Positions 36,101 to 49,757 are shown, numbered from the stretch's first letter. The stretch: 64,000 nt of DNA from Protoeuglena noctilucae (GCA_958009085.1 OY253674.1:1178001-1242000), one strand, 5' to 3'. Notes: a model not told the origin generated them from the letters alone. Program-made: numbers and translations.

Positions 36101-39100
36101 AATTAGACATGATAGCAGTAACTGGTTGCCACGCTGTGCCCAGCCGACATGCCCGAGGCTCGACTTTGGAATAATCTAGCATAATTATAACGTTATTAAC
36201 ACCAATAATCCCACTCGCTCTCCCACCCCCTTCAGTCCTGCGGCCTGGTGAAGAACCTCGCGCTGATGGCGCACATCACTACAGATCGTGATGCGTCTCA
36301 CGTGAGGAGGGCGGCTTTGCTGCTGGGGACGCGGCCGGCCGAGGGGGTGCCGCCCAACGAGATGTTCGGGAGGCCGGACGTGGCGGTGGTGAGTGGTTTA
36401 TGGGATATGATGGCATGTAATGGGGTGTTTGGGAGACCAGACATGATACCAACACCAACATCAATGCGAATACCAACACCCACACCAGCACCAACACCCA
36501 TACCAACACACACTTACCAACCCCTCCCCCCCAGGTCTTTTTGAACGGCCAGGTGCTGGGCCTGCACGCCCAGCCATCCATGCTGGTCTCCCGCCTGCGC
36601 TCCCTGCGCCGTGCTGGCCGCATCGACACGTTTGCGTCCATCCACGCGAGCGGGGGAAGGGTGCACATCGCCACGGATGGGGGGCGCGTCTGCAGGCCGC
36701 TGATCATCTGCGATCATGGGGTGAGGGGGGGAGACAATGGGATGCGATAATGAGTGGGGCGTGTAGTGTTGGGTGGGAGCGTGGTGATGGGCGCCTGTCA
36801 TTCGCGACAATGGTAAATATAGTATCATTTTACTATTACTATTACTATCACTATCACTATCACTATCACTATCACTATCACTATCACTATCACTATCACT
36901 ATCACTTTCACTGTTACTATCACTGTTACTATCCCCACCTCTCATCCCTTTCATCACCCCCCCAGATCCCCCGCGTGACCCAGCCCCACATCGACGCATT
37001 GAAGAGGGGCGACATGCACTTTAACGACTTTTTGTCCATGGGACTGATCGAGTACCTGGACGTGAACGAGGAGAACAACGCGCTCGTGGCGCTGTACGAG
37101 TCGCAGTGCCACGCACAGGCGAGGATAGATGGTACTGCTAAGGGAGGGTGTGGTGGATATGGGGTGTTAACAGTGCTATTAGTATAAGTATTATTCTAGT
37201 TATATTTCATAGGTAGTATACTCTTATGTATGATAGTTAATATATCTATTACTATATTTACTCACTGTTTATAATACATAAATACAATCAACATCCTCAC
37301 CCATCGCAGGTGACGCATCTGGAGATCGAGCCCTTCACGATCCTCGGGGTGGTGGCGGGGCTGATTCCCTTCCCCCACCACAACCAGTCCCCCCGCAACA
37401 CCTACCAATGCGCCATGGGCAAGCAGGCCATGGGCAACATCGCATACAACCAGCTGAACAGGCGAGGGGGTGGATGGGTATAGTAGTGGTGGCAGTTGTA
37501 CTAATACTAAGCAACAGTTTGACTCTCACTATGCACCTACTCTATCAACCCCATCCCTGCCACCCAGGCTCGACTCCCTCATGTACCTCCTTTGCTACCC
37601 CATGCGCCCCCTGCTGACCACGAAGACGATCGAGTTGATCGGATTCGACAAACTGGGCGCGGGGCAGAACGCGTGCGTGGCCGTGATGTCCTACTCCGGC
37701 TACGACATCGAGGACGCCATCGTCATGAACAAGGCGTCGCTGGACAGGCGAGGGTGTGGTTGTTATTGAATATTATTTCATATACATATCATGTTTATCT
37801 TAATTATCAAAAAATTATTGATTCTATGTGTCACTGCAATTATGTTGTAATATTGTAACAGCCAGTAACTGTAACTACGAGAATGAATTGTAAATATCAT
37901 CACCCTGTTCCTTCTAACCCCCAGGGGCTTCGGCCGCTGCATCGTGCTGAAGAAGTACGGCACGACTTTGAAGCGTTACGTGAACCGTACCATGGATTCG
38001 ATCTCTATCCCGAGGGGGCCGAATGGGGGGAAGGCCACGGGGAGGTACAAGTGCGTGGACGTGGACGGCGTGGCCACGTGAGTGGGTTTGGGTTTGAATG
38101 CATGATTGGGGATGGGGTGGTGTTGCGTGTGATTCAAATGTGTGGATGGGGATGGGATGGGTGGTGATGTGTTTCAAGTGGATGGGATTGCTAAAAGGGG
38201 TTGGGATGTCAGTGAAAGTTCCGGTCCTTTCACCCCGTCAACTCTTACACTCACCCCCACCCACCCACCCCCCAGCGTGGGTGAGAAGATCTTCCCCGGC
38301 GACGTCTACATCAACAAGCGCGTGCCCATCAACCCCAAGGAGACAGTCGAGGCGGGCATCAACCCAGCGAATATGGCGAGTGGCAACTATGGCTAGTAAA
38401 ATATAATGATGAGCGGGGATGCGATTGGTGGCCGATTGGTGGCCCTCTCGTTTACTGGTGCAAGTACATATGGACTACACCCCCACTGCCACCCCCACTG
38501 CCACTCTAACCCCCACACCCCCTCCCCCTCATCTCAGCCCGAGCACAAGTACCGCCCCACCCCGCTTATCTTCAAGGGCGCGCCCGGTGAGAACTCGGTC
38601 GTGGATAAGGTGCTGCTGACATCGAATGAGACGGATTCGGCGGTCATCAAGGTGTTGCTCAGGCACACGCGGCGGCCAGAGCTGGGGGACAAGTTCTCGT
38701 CACGGCACGGGTGAGGGAGATGCTATCGCTATCGAGGGGGATGTTAGTGTGTGGGAGTAATCATCAACATCGCTGTTTATACACACATCCACTCTCTTCC
38801 TCACTCCCTCCAGTCGAAAACGCGTGGTGGGCAACATCGCTGTTGATGTATAGAATACAAACACCCACTCTCTCTCTCACCCACTCGCAGCCAGAAGGGC
38901 GTGGTGGGCAACATCGTGAAGCAGGAGGACATGCCCTTCTCGGACCGCGGCATTTGCCCCGATCTGATCATGAACCCCCACGGGTTCCCCTCGCGCATGA
39001 CGGTGGGGAAGATGATCGAGCTCATCGGGTCCAAGGCGAGTGGGGGATAGGGATGATGAGTGGTTGTTATTTATATGATCAATAATAACAGGTGATAGAG

Positions 39101-40560
39101 CTCATCGAATCCAAGGCGAGTGACGGGTGATGTTATGGTTGTTGTTGATAATGACAGATGATAATGACAGATGGTCGAGCTCATCGGGTCCAAGGCGAGT
39201 AGCTAGTATATTATGGATGATGTTATGGTTATAAGCATAGTAGCAGATGATCGAGCTCATCGGGTCCAAGGCGAGTAGCGATGGATGTTGTGGTGGTTAC
39301 AAGCATAGCAGTTGTCGATTACAACAGATGATCCTCATCTCTCTCTCACAATCTCTCACACAATCTCACCCTACACAACCTCACCACCACCCCCACCCCC
39401 CTCACCCCCCCCAGGCGGCGGTGCACGAGGGCCGCCCCTTCTACGGCACTGCGTTTGGGGAGCCGTCGGGGTTAGCCGACGACGTGGAGACGATCGGAAG
39501 ATGCCTGACTGCCCACGGGTTCAGCTACCACGGCAAGGACATGCTCACCTCGGGTGAGGGGTATTGGTGATGTGATGTGTATTGAGATTGATTATATTGA
39601 TTATATTGATTATGACTTGTGATATATGTAGTATGGTTCAGCTGCCACGGGAAGGACATGCTCACTCGGGTGAGGAGTGTTCTAATTGTATTCAATTGTT
39701 GTGTCAAAAAAATATATGGTTACCGTTTGATGGTCAACTACCCGATGTCCCCCAACCAACCCAACCCCACCCAACCCCCCCTCCCTCCCCAGGCACCTCC
39801 GGCGAGCCCCTGACTGGCTACATCTTCATGGGATGCGTCTATTACCAGAAACTCAAGCACATGGTGCTGGACAAGATGCACGCGCGAGCCACAGGCGAGG
39901 GTTGCATGCGACTGTAACTAAATTGAACTGATTGTGTAGTTTGTCAGTTACTCCGGCAATATCCGTTGTCAACTCTGCCGATATCATTACTAGACATGGA
40001 CAGGTGGCTTGCTCTGCCTCATTTAAGCGCACCCGCACCCGTACACGCACCCGCACCCACACTCGCTCAACAACCCCTCCTCCCCCACCCACCCACCCCC
40101 AGGCCCCCGCATGCTGATGACGCGTCAGCCGACCGAGGGCCGCTCCCACGACGGCGGTCTGCGATTGGGGGAGATGGAGCGCGACTGCTTGGTGGCCTAT
40201 GGGGCGTCGATGCTTCTCATGGAGAGGCTCATGGTCTCATCGGACGAGTTCACCATTCAGGCAAGGCAGTGTGATGGGCGATGATTACAATAAACACACA
40301 TTACAACTGCCCAATGGAAGCATCTTGTGCACTGACACACACACACTCACCACCACTGCCCATCTCGCCCACCCCTCCAGGTCTGCACCCAGTGCAAGCT
40401 CCTCGCGTATTGGGACTTCGCCCTGCGTGCGGGCATGTGCAGCCGCTGCCGCTCCTCCAGCCACATCACCACCATGAAGGTGCCCTACGCTGCCAAGCTG
40501 CTATTCCAGGAATTGCAGAGCATGAACATCGTGCCGAGGCTCACGCTGGCGGATGCGTGA
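33130..40560 (+). CDS. RPC2: DNA-directed RNA polymerase III second-largest subunit, ~21 exons
   Basis: [113 protein letters not shown]; the start codon is the least certain part. Confidence 0.97.
36831..36931. repeat. (ACTATC)n hexanucleotide microsatellite in an RPC2 intron
   Basis: About 11 perfect tatcac units with degenerate flanks. Confidence 0.9.
39011..39276 (+). repeat. Four copies of a 31-bp exon-end plus GC donor sequence (GATGATCGAGCTCATCGGGTCCAAGGCGAGT)
   Basis: Copies at 39011, 39091, 39170 and 39246; the first is the true RPC2 exon end (MIELIGSK|gc). Confidence 0.9.
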
Positions 40561-41007
40561 GGGGGGGTGGGGGGGTAGGGGTGGGTGTGAGGGGGTGGGG
40601 TGAGGATGGGTGGAGTGAGAGGGGGTGGAGTGAGAGGGGGTGTGGGTGGAGAGAAGGTGGATTGGTCGAGAGGGGGTGGGTGGGTCGAGAGGGGTTGGAT
40701 GAAGAGCAAAGTAGGGGCGTGCGTGGCATGGGGTAGTGGGACAGGGGAGCGAGGGTGCTGCTGCTAGTGCTTGGAGATGGCATGCGCTGTTTTGTCGCTG
40801 AGAGCTGGGATAGGGACGTGCCAGCTGCAGTTGAGCGAAAGTAAATGCGCGTGTCTCTGTCGTTTGCCGGACCTTGAACCGTCGAGCGGAGTTGGGCTGT
40901 CTGGCTTCAACACTGCCCTCCCGGGTCCAGCTGCGCCAGCTGCACAGTGCTCTGCTTACATCCACTCCATTCCCTGTCCGCCACATCTACATCCACCCAC
41001 CCCCCCC

Positions 41008-41691
41008 TCACTCGTGCAGCATCTGGTCCAGCTGCCCCATCTCCGCCTTCAGCTGCTCGATCTTCAGCCCCGTCGAACGCAGCAGCTGGGCGCGGTCCTC
41101 CTCCCGGAGACTGCAAGACGAGGAACACGAGAAGAAGCGTTTAGTCTTACTGAGTCTCAGCAACACACGATCAATCGATCGTCAAACATCACGTTGTGAC
41201 AGCCCTGGGCTTCCCATCGCCTGCAGCACAGCTCACCGTGCGAGAACCCCCTCCCAGCACCGAATGACCTCCTCCGTGCATCGCTTCGCTTCTCGGTATC
41301 CCTCCTCGAAGTAAACCGTGTCTTTGTCCTCCATCGCGAGCTCAATCTCGTCCCTCGCCACCGCGAACAGCTCGTTCATGCGCTCCAGCTCTCCTCGGAC
41401 GTCCTCTAAGGATGCTGCGGCGATGTAAAGAGATGGCGAGTTCGAGGACGCTTCAATAAGCGAAAAATTAGCTTGCTCATCATGCCGCCACCTCCGCGCC
41501 GCTCCCGCACCTGCCGCGGACGACCCCGCCCAGCGCGATGGCCATGGATGGTCTCTGAGAATAGGCGACAGGGCACAGGCGCACGCGCACGCGCGGTGAT
41601 GATGGAACGCGGCGGCGGGGACGTCACGGACTTCCAGCGCCGCGCGCCCCGCGTTCGCCGCGCGGAGGAGGGCGCGGCGCCACACAGACAT
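41008..41691 (-). CDS. Small, probably mitochondrial protein resembling plant 'embryogenesis-like protein'
   Basis: Arg/Ala-rich presequence MSVWRRALLRAA; MNELFAVARDEIELAMEDKDTVYFEE..RSTGLKIEQLKAEM. Confidence 0.7.
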
Positions 41692-42277
41692 GCGTGTGGC
41701 TCCTTTACGATTGCAGATGCAGGGATATCGACCTAGTCGAGGACCAGAGGCGCCGCAAGGCTGCGTGGATGGCTTTCCCGATGGACGCCAACCAAAGCTA
41801 GTCGCTGTCCGCACGATTGAGCAAGCAATCGATCGCAGCTAGCACGGTCAATGACGATGTATGCAGTAGCAGGTCTCGCGCTCAGCTTTCGACCTGGGCG
41901 AGGGCCCCGTGTCGCTCGCACGCCAGACAGCGCTGCAAGGAGTGCGTCAGCAAACCCGCTTTGGCCTAGAGGGCCAGCGCGTGACATGGCAGTATCGCTG
42001 AACGTCATCCCTCTCGCTCGCCGTGGTCAGTCGGAGCCCTCGTCGCACACACGCTTGCTCCCACGCATCATCTGCATCCGCTGCTCGCTCCGCGCGCCAC
42101 TCGCACCGCGACTGCGGCAGACAGCTCTCTATCGTTTGCACTTTACGTCCACTGCGCCTCTCTGCCAAACCGTGCCGCGCCCGTCCGCGATAGCCCGCGG
42201 GAGTTTGGCATAACAAACAGACCCCGCTCCCCGCCGCCGCGGCCGGCCTCCCGGCCCGCCGGGTGCGGCTCCCGACC

Positions 42278-44350
42278 ATGTGGACCAACGAATTTCCGTG
42301 GTACTACCTCCAAGTGAATCCCGTGACCGGAGTGTGGCTGTTCGCGCGGTACACCCTGCTGGTGCAGAGGTGAGGCGCGCGCGCGCTCGATGCGTCGCCC
42401 GGCGTGCCTTCGCGGATACAGTTGCGTTCTATACGTTTACCGCTACTCGCCGCATCGAGTCCGCGCAGGCAGCGATGGACGCTCGACAAGATGTGGGAGA
42501 TGAGCCAGAACATCGACCCTTTGTACGTGGCGCCCGCGGCGCCCCCGAAGGAGCGGCGCCCTATGCGCAATCCCAGTTTCCAGAACTACATTTCCCGCTT
42601 CACGGGAGGGGCCCCGCAGCACGCCAAGGCCCCCAGCATCGGGTCGGTGAGGGGCGAGGCTAACGCACCCGCATTTGGTGGTCACTCACAAAACGTGGCC
42701 ACCCCTCCTACCCCGCTCGCTCGCGTGGCTTCACTGCGAGTTCATATGGTTCATGTGTTGCCATGTTGTGCTCTTGATGCAGTCCTTTCGCTTGCTCGCT
42801 CTCGCTTGCCAATCCAAACACTACCCAACCCCACTCCGTTGCGCAGCCTGGGGAGGGTTTGGGCAGGGAGGACACGGCCAGGTCGGAGAAGAGCGCAAAG
42901 CCATCTATCGGTGAGTGGTTTGATTGCTTGTTATGGATGGGGCATTGCTTTTACATGTACAGACTGTGACATGGGTCACTGCATCGCGTGACGTGCAGAG
43001 CACCAATGTGATGACTCTGACTTGTGTTGCTTCCCCCGCAGCTGAGATCCACCGCAACGTGCTGTCGCGCCAGGCCATCTTCCTGGTGAGCGCTGGGGCG
43101 GGCGTGATGCATGGCGATCACAACTCGCCGTCCCCAACCACCTCTCCATCTCAGCAAGCCAAGCACCCCTCCCACAACTGAAGCTCCACCTCACCTTATC
43201 CCCACCCCATCCCACCCCACCCCCCCTCCCTCCCCAGGCCGAGCAGGCCAAGCACCTGGGCCGCAACTTCCGCATCATCCAGTCCGCGATCGGCTTCTTC
43301 CTGACTGGCATGGCCATCCAGTACCTTTACTTCGCCATCGTGGGCGCGACCGAGGACGAGGCCGTGGTGCGGTGGATGAACATCGTGGCGCAGGTGCTGG
43401 GGATGCTCGCCATGGCGCTCGCCGCCTTCGAGATCCTCACCTCGCACCGGTGAGGGGGTGGGTAATTCTGGGGTTGATTGTTTTGGGAGCGGTACGGGGG
43501 TGACTGTTGTGTGATGAGCGCATTGACATCTCACTCACCCCACCCACCCCACCCCAGTCCCCCAGTCATCCATTTGTGTATTAAACCATTCAACATCTCA
43601 CCCCCTACCCATATTCGCAGTCCCCTGGTAAGCGAGATGACTTTCCAGGACCGATGGGAGCGCAACATGGTGAAGCTGGGGAGGCTGCCGGCGTCGTGGG
43701 GGGACATGCTGAGGAAGAAAGAAGCGATGGGTGATGCCAACTCTGTTAATGCCACTGCCGCTGCTGCGGGTGTGGGAGTGGGGGCGGGAAGTCCCACGAT
43801 GTTCGCTCGGCACCACGACCCCGGTGCTCATACGCATACGCTGCATCATGGTCACGCGGGCGCGTCTGTGCCCGTGGCCGTCCCCGACTCCAATGGCATC
43901 GCCAGCAGCAGCGGGGGTGAGGGCGCGGGTGCAAGCGACAGCAGCAGCGGGGGTGGGAGGGCATGCTTTGGGTACGCAGCCACCCTCCCAACTCCATCTC
44001 TGCTGCACCACCCATGCTTCACTCAATCCCCTTTCCCATCTACTCTGGCTCACTCCCCAACCCCAGCCCCACCCTGACACCCCTCACCCCCACCCTCACC
44101 ACCCACCACCCCCACCCCCGCAGAGCCCGTCCTCCTCGGCGTCCGCTCCCACAGCGCCGCGGACCTCGCCCCCTCCCGGCCGGCAGTCGCCTCCGCCGTG
44201 GAGCTGGGCGCCACTTCGGTTCAAGCAGTGTCGGCGTCAGATCTGCCAATGGCGCCATTGGCGGGCGGCCCTGGGATCTCCGCGGAGGAACCTGCCGTGC
44301 CCTCTGGCGTCTCGGTCCTTTTCGGATTGGGATAGGGATGGGTCTGTGAG
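42278..44350 (+). CDS. Hypothetical membrane protein (two or more TM helices); 3' end uncertain
   Basis: Spliced frame MWTNEFPWYYLQ..|..WTLDKMWEMSQNIDPLY..IIQSAIGFFLTGMAIQYLYFAIV..VAQVLGMLAMALAAFEIL. Confidence 0.6.
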
Positions 44351-44826
44351 TTGGTACGAGAGGTGCATCACAAGCGGCTCAGTTGTGGGCCAGGGTACGC
44401 ATGTCTGGTGGTTTCAGACCCACCACAGCCGGCCCCTCTTGTCTCGCGACTCCCTTTGCACTCCCTTTGGCAAGGCGTGGCTGCGACCCCGACCTTCGGG
44501 CCAGCAGCCACAGGGCAGACCAGCCCCCGGCCCCGCCCGTCACTGGCCAATCTCATCTTTTTTCCCGTTGCCGACGCGGCGGGTGCGGGCACAACAGTGT
44601 AGAACAGCATAGCAGAGCAGTGCCATAACACAACATCATGCCGTCGCGTTGCATGCCGTAGCGCAGCGTTGCATTTGCACCAGTGACGTCAGGCAGGCAG
44701 TTGAACGCGAGCAGAGCGCCCTCTTTACGGCATGCGCGCGCCCGTCATCGGCGATGGCTATCGTCGCCAGACGGGGCTCCCGGGCCAGGCCAAAGGGCGC
44801 CCTCCCCACTCCTCACGGTACAGCGC

Positions 44827-45801
44827 TTACTTCTGCGCCTTGTCCCGCTTCACGCCGCCCGCGATCGTGTCGCACTCGCGCATGCCCTTCTGGGTGATGC
44901 GGCGGCCCCCCTCGTCGTTCTGCGGGCGAGCGCAGAGAGAGGGAAGGGTCGCTTCGCTTCTTCGAGAGGGTCGGCGACGTCACCCTTTCGCGCCCGGCCC
45001 CGCAGCGCCGCCGGTCGCCCCGCGCGCCCACCTTGGCGATCATGCCCAGCTTCTCCAGCTGCGTCAGGCAGAAGCGGATGTTGCCGCTCGCCGCGAGCGC
45101 GCGGTGCTCCTGCTCCACCCCCCGGCGGTCCCGGCCCCCGAACATTCGGCGGAACGTGGTCATGCCCACCCCCTTGTGGATGTACACCCGGCGGAGGATG
45201 GCGGCCATGCGCACGAACAGCCTGCGCGGGAGAGGCGCGCGCGGGGGTCGGAACGAGACGCGGCCGCCGCAATGGGCGCCCCGCGACGCCGCCGCGGTCC
45301 GCCGCCCCGGCAGAGGACGTCAGCGCCAAGAGGAGGCCTCACCAGTCATCGTTGTAGGGGCCCAGCTCCTTGAAGGGGGCGGTCTTGACCAGGGTCGACC
45401 ACTTCGGCAGCGTGACCTGCGTGGGCCGCGGGCGAGGGCGCTCAGGAAAACGCCCAGCCACGCGCGAGCGTAGCCTGTCGATCTCGGACCCATCCGCCAG
45501 GCTGGGCGAGCCCGGCGGGGTCTCGTGGCACCCAGGGCACCGCCCTGTCTGACCCCCGCGGACCGGAGCGAGGAGCAGTGCCGCAAGAGCCCCGAAATAG
45601 GTCGAGTTGACGTCGCGGGGACCCGTGCACGCGCAGACCGCGCAGGGACGGCACGGTCCGGCCTTTCTCCCCCGAGGGAGCCGCCGGACCGCTCTGCTGC
45701 GCGCCGGTCACCTTCCCGGTGGCCTTAAGGTGCTTCGCCATCGCCGCAATCCACACGTCCGCGGGGATGTCCTTCACCCCGGTAGAATGGTCGATCGCCA
45801 T
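44827..45801 (-). CDS. RPS19: 40S ribosomal protein S19 (eS19), 4 exons
   Basis: GVKDIPADVWIAAMAKHLKATGK|VTLPKWSTLVKTAPFKELGPYNDDW|..RMAAILRRVY..GGRRITQKGMRECD. Confidence 0.95.
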
Positions 45802-46156
45802 GGCTGCGGACGGTCACGGCGACGGGCGCGGGGCGCGGGCGGTGTCCTCACGCCGTGAAAAGGGCGGTCGTCGGCGGGCCGGGGCGTGGATGGCCCCCTC
45901 GCGACGCATCTCGGCCCGTCCGACTCAGAGGCCGGTGTCCGTGCAACCCGCGGACGAACTCCTTGCGCAGTGATGCATCGGAGCACGCGGTAGTAATTTG
46001 GCAATCAGTATTATTTACGGATATTAGAAGGAGCACTGGCTAACCTTGCGAGCCACTTAGGAGTCGGACCGCGATTCCGGACAGCATTCTCGCCTCCACG
46101 GCCGCCGGCGCCATCAGGACACCCGACCTGGGGAAGGACGGGGCTGGCGAGCCGCT

Positions 46157-49100
46157 ATGCCTCCCCGGGTGAGCGCGCGAGCTGGGGCCCTGGCGTGAAC
46201 ATGTTGACGTGCGTCCCGCGCTCGACCGAGGCTCCGGTCGGGGCGCGCCTTTGCCTGCCACATCTGCAAGCCGGAAGAAGTAGGGAGGGTTGAGTGGGCC
46301 TCTCAGCGATGGGCCCGGGGAGGCGGGGGACGCGAACGAGAGCATGTCGGACGTGGTTCCCGCCCTGCGCTCGCGTTCGCCGAATGCGGGGTCGTTTACG
46401 GAAACGTGGTATCTATGTCACTCACGCGACGTGGCCCCTCACGGGTTCCCACGCGCCCTAGGGCCGCCCGTGGACTGCCCCGGGGCGCGCATGTCGACGA
46501 CGAGCCCGCGCCGTGCCTCCGCAGAGGGACGGGGGAAAGGGGAAGGGCGCGAAGAAGGAGGAGGACAATTTGAACGAGGAGGAGAGGCTCAGGCGCGTGC
46601 AGCGACGGCGCGGCGGTCGGGAGAGGCGGCGTCGCGACGAGCGGGGCGCAAACATCGCCCCCTCCGCCTCCCCCTCGCTTTGCAGGCGCAATGTCGAGGA
46701 GCGTCGCGTGCAGCTTCGCGCGCGGTTGCTTCGTGAGCAGGAGTACGCGCGCGAGCACGCGGCGAAGATCAACACGGCCTGGCGCCAGCTGCTGCGGAAG
46801 GCCAAGGTGGAGGAGCTGCGGGCGGAGATCCAGGTGCTGAGTCAGGGCCACGAGAGGGAGATCGACCGTCGCGATGCGGTGATCCAGATGCTCGACCGGG
46901 ACCTGGAGGACGCGGAGGACCAGTATTTAACGGCGCTGCGGGGGCACATGCAGGCGAGGGGCGTGAGGGGTGGGGTGGAGTGAGGGGGGGCACATGCAGG
47001 CGAACGACGGTGGCGGTGTGGTGGTGTGAATGAGAGTGGCACATGGCGCGTGACACACGCACAGCGCCCCGCATTGGTGGCACTCCGCCCACCTGTCACC
47101 CACCCCGCGCTGCTCCGCCTGTCCTCGCAGGCCCTCGACGCTTTGCTGGACCTGCAGGAGCTCCGCATCCAGAAACTGGACAAGGAATTCCGAGAGAACC
47201 TGTCCATGGTGAGACTGGGTATTATACTGGCATGGATGTACAGTGGACGTGAAGGCACAGGCGGCGTGCGTGTCGCTGTGTGTGTGTGCTGCCACCGCCA
47301 TCCTAGACCGGCACAAGCGGAGTGAGCGTCGTCACTCCCAACCCGCACCACCCTGTTCCCTCTCGTCATATCATCGTCTTCACTCATCCCATCTCACCCT
47401 CTCCCCCCTCATCACTCCCCCAGACGGAGCAGGAGTTCGAGTCCGAGCGCCAGGAGATCGTGGCCACGCACGTGCGGCAGAAGAAGGACCTGCAGGACAT
47501 CATTGTGGCCATGGAGGCGGAGTTCGCCAGGATCGCGGCGGAGGCGGAACAGGAGTTCGAGGCGGAGAGGACGGGTGAGATGGGATGAGGGGGTGGGGGG
47601 GGGTGGGGGGAGGGGGATTCAGGGAGAGGGGTGAGGGGCACGGGAGTTTGAGGCGGTGAGGACGAGGACGGACGGGAGGGTGCACTGAGATGGGAAGGGG
47701 TGTTGAAGTCCCAGTTGTAACACCACCCCTTCTCTCACCACCCTCAACCTTCTTCATCTCCCCAGACATCAAGAACCGTGCTCAGGAGGAGTACCACGTG
47801 ACGCGCATCCAGCAGAACAACGCCATCGAGGACTGCGAGGCGCACTACGACAAAATGTACAAGACGTACATGCAGGCGAGATGAGGGAGTGGGATGGGTG
47901 CTAGACGTACATGCAGGCAGGAGGGGAGGGAGTGGGATGGGGTGGGATGCACATGCAGCGGGGTGACTGATGATATGGGGGTTGGATGTTCACATACACG
48001 CATTCCCACTGTCCGCCCCCACCAGGCTTCACTCTCACACCACCCTCAACCCCACCCCCACCATGCCCCCCTCTCAAACCCCCCTCACCCCCTCTCACTG
48101 TCCCCCCCACTCAAACCCCCCTTTCCCAACCGCAGTCGAGCGAGAAGGACGCGGCGGACTTCCAGCGACTAGCACAAACGGACAAGCAGGACGCCAAGGA
48201 GATTGAGCGGGAGATGAACCGACTGGCGCGCCTGCACCACGCCGTGCAGCACTGGCGGCTCAAGATCGCCAACAACGAGGAGGAGTGGAGCGACCGGAAC
48301 GCGGCGCTGAGGGACGAGAAGGACGTCATGACGAGGCACTATGCCAAACTGAAGGGGCAGATGGACCGCTTTAGAAGACAGCAGCAGTCGCGGCTCAAGG
48401 AGCTCAGCCGGCAGAGCGGGGCGGCGATGGAGGCGCTGCGGACGAGGATCGCCGTGGCGGAGAGGATTTTGAAGCTGGCCGAGTTCTGCAGGAGGCTCGA
48501 GACGGAGGCGAGGGGGTGGGGGGGTGGGGGTTGCATGGGGGGGTGTCGGGGGTGGTGTTAGGGGTGGCATGGGTAGTGGGGGGTGTAATGGGTGTTGGGT
48601 GTTGCAATTCTTACACCCGCATGCTGCATGGGGTGTTTGTGAGTGGGTTGATGGCATGGACAGTATTACTGGCGTCGTCGTGCGACCGGTTCACGTCACG
48701 GCGCACTCGCTCCGCAATGATCAATGACTACTGCAGCATGTCGTGACAGCCTCTCGTCTCGCTTTCCCCGCAGCAAGAGAAGGTGCTTCCCTTCTGGAGC
48801 CCCGCGGAGGCCCTGGCGGACGAGCTGCTGGAGGGAGACCTGAGGGAGGCACAGGCAGAGGCGTCGCAGGTGAGGGGAAGGTGGGGTAGATGAGCGAATA
48901 AGAGGAGTGCGGAAAGATGGAAGCAGAGGCACCGGCGGAGGCGAGGATGGTTAAATGACGGCAGGGTACTGTTCAGGTGGTGGTAGGGCACAGCGATCGT
49001 CGCCCACTGTCACACCCACACCCCCAGCCGCCGCACCCACCTCACGCTCACCCCCCACCAACCCCAACCCCACTACCAACCACCCCCTCCCCCCAGGCCC

Positions 49101-49757
49101 TGCACCAGGCCGACGACGAGGCCTCCTCGCTGAACCTCCCCCACCGCGCGCAACCCGAGGAGCCCACCAGCAGCGCGGGGGTAGGCCCCGACGGCCGCCC
49201 GGTGCCTGAGTGGGACTACCTCAACAACTTTTTCAAGAAATACAACAAGGTGCTGCTCGACGTGGCGTCCATACGCAGGGAGAAGCAGCGGCTGCAGGCG
49301 GAGGTGAGGGGGGGTGTGGAGGTGGATGTGATGGTGACGGGACATGCGAAGCGATGCCAAGTTACCTCAGGCTGACTGAGCCCAATCCAGGTCTGATAGA
49401 CTCTCTCGCTCGTCGTCCACCTCTCCCCGCATTCGCCTGCCCTGCTGCCTCCCTGCATCGCAACCACCACTGCGTCGCTCGCCCACCGCACCCACCCACC
49501 GCTCATGACCCCCTCCGTCGTCTCTGCAGAACGAGGAGCTCCGCCGCATCCTGAAGCATTACCTGGATGGCATTTCCGTATCGGAGGACGTCATGCAGAA
49601 CCCCGTCAACCCGCTCCTGGTTGTCAACGAGCGGCTGCAGCGGGCGCTCAAGGCGCGCGCCACGGGCACCGCCGCGGGGGTCCAGGCCGAGATGGCGAAG
49701 GCGCAGATGGCACAGGAGGTCGAGCTGGTCGTCGAAGGGGGCGGGGCGCACTCGTGA
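46157..49757 (+). CDS. DRC2: Dynein regulatory complex subunit 2 (CCDC65/FAP250)
   Basis: [114 protein letters not shown]. Confidence 0.92.

Noticed and set aside
36750..37187. ORF with poly-(YH) tract
   Set aside because: Translation of an intronic hexanucleotide microsatellite running into an RPC2 exon.
39011..39276. CRISPR-like array (31-bp repeats, 45-49 nt spacers)
   Set aside because: The repeat is the RPC2 exon end plus donor site, the spacers are related low-complexity intron DNA, there are no cas genes and the context is eukaryotic.
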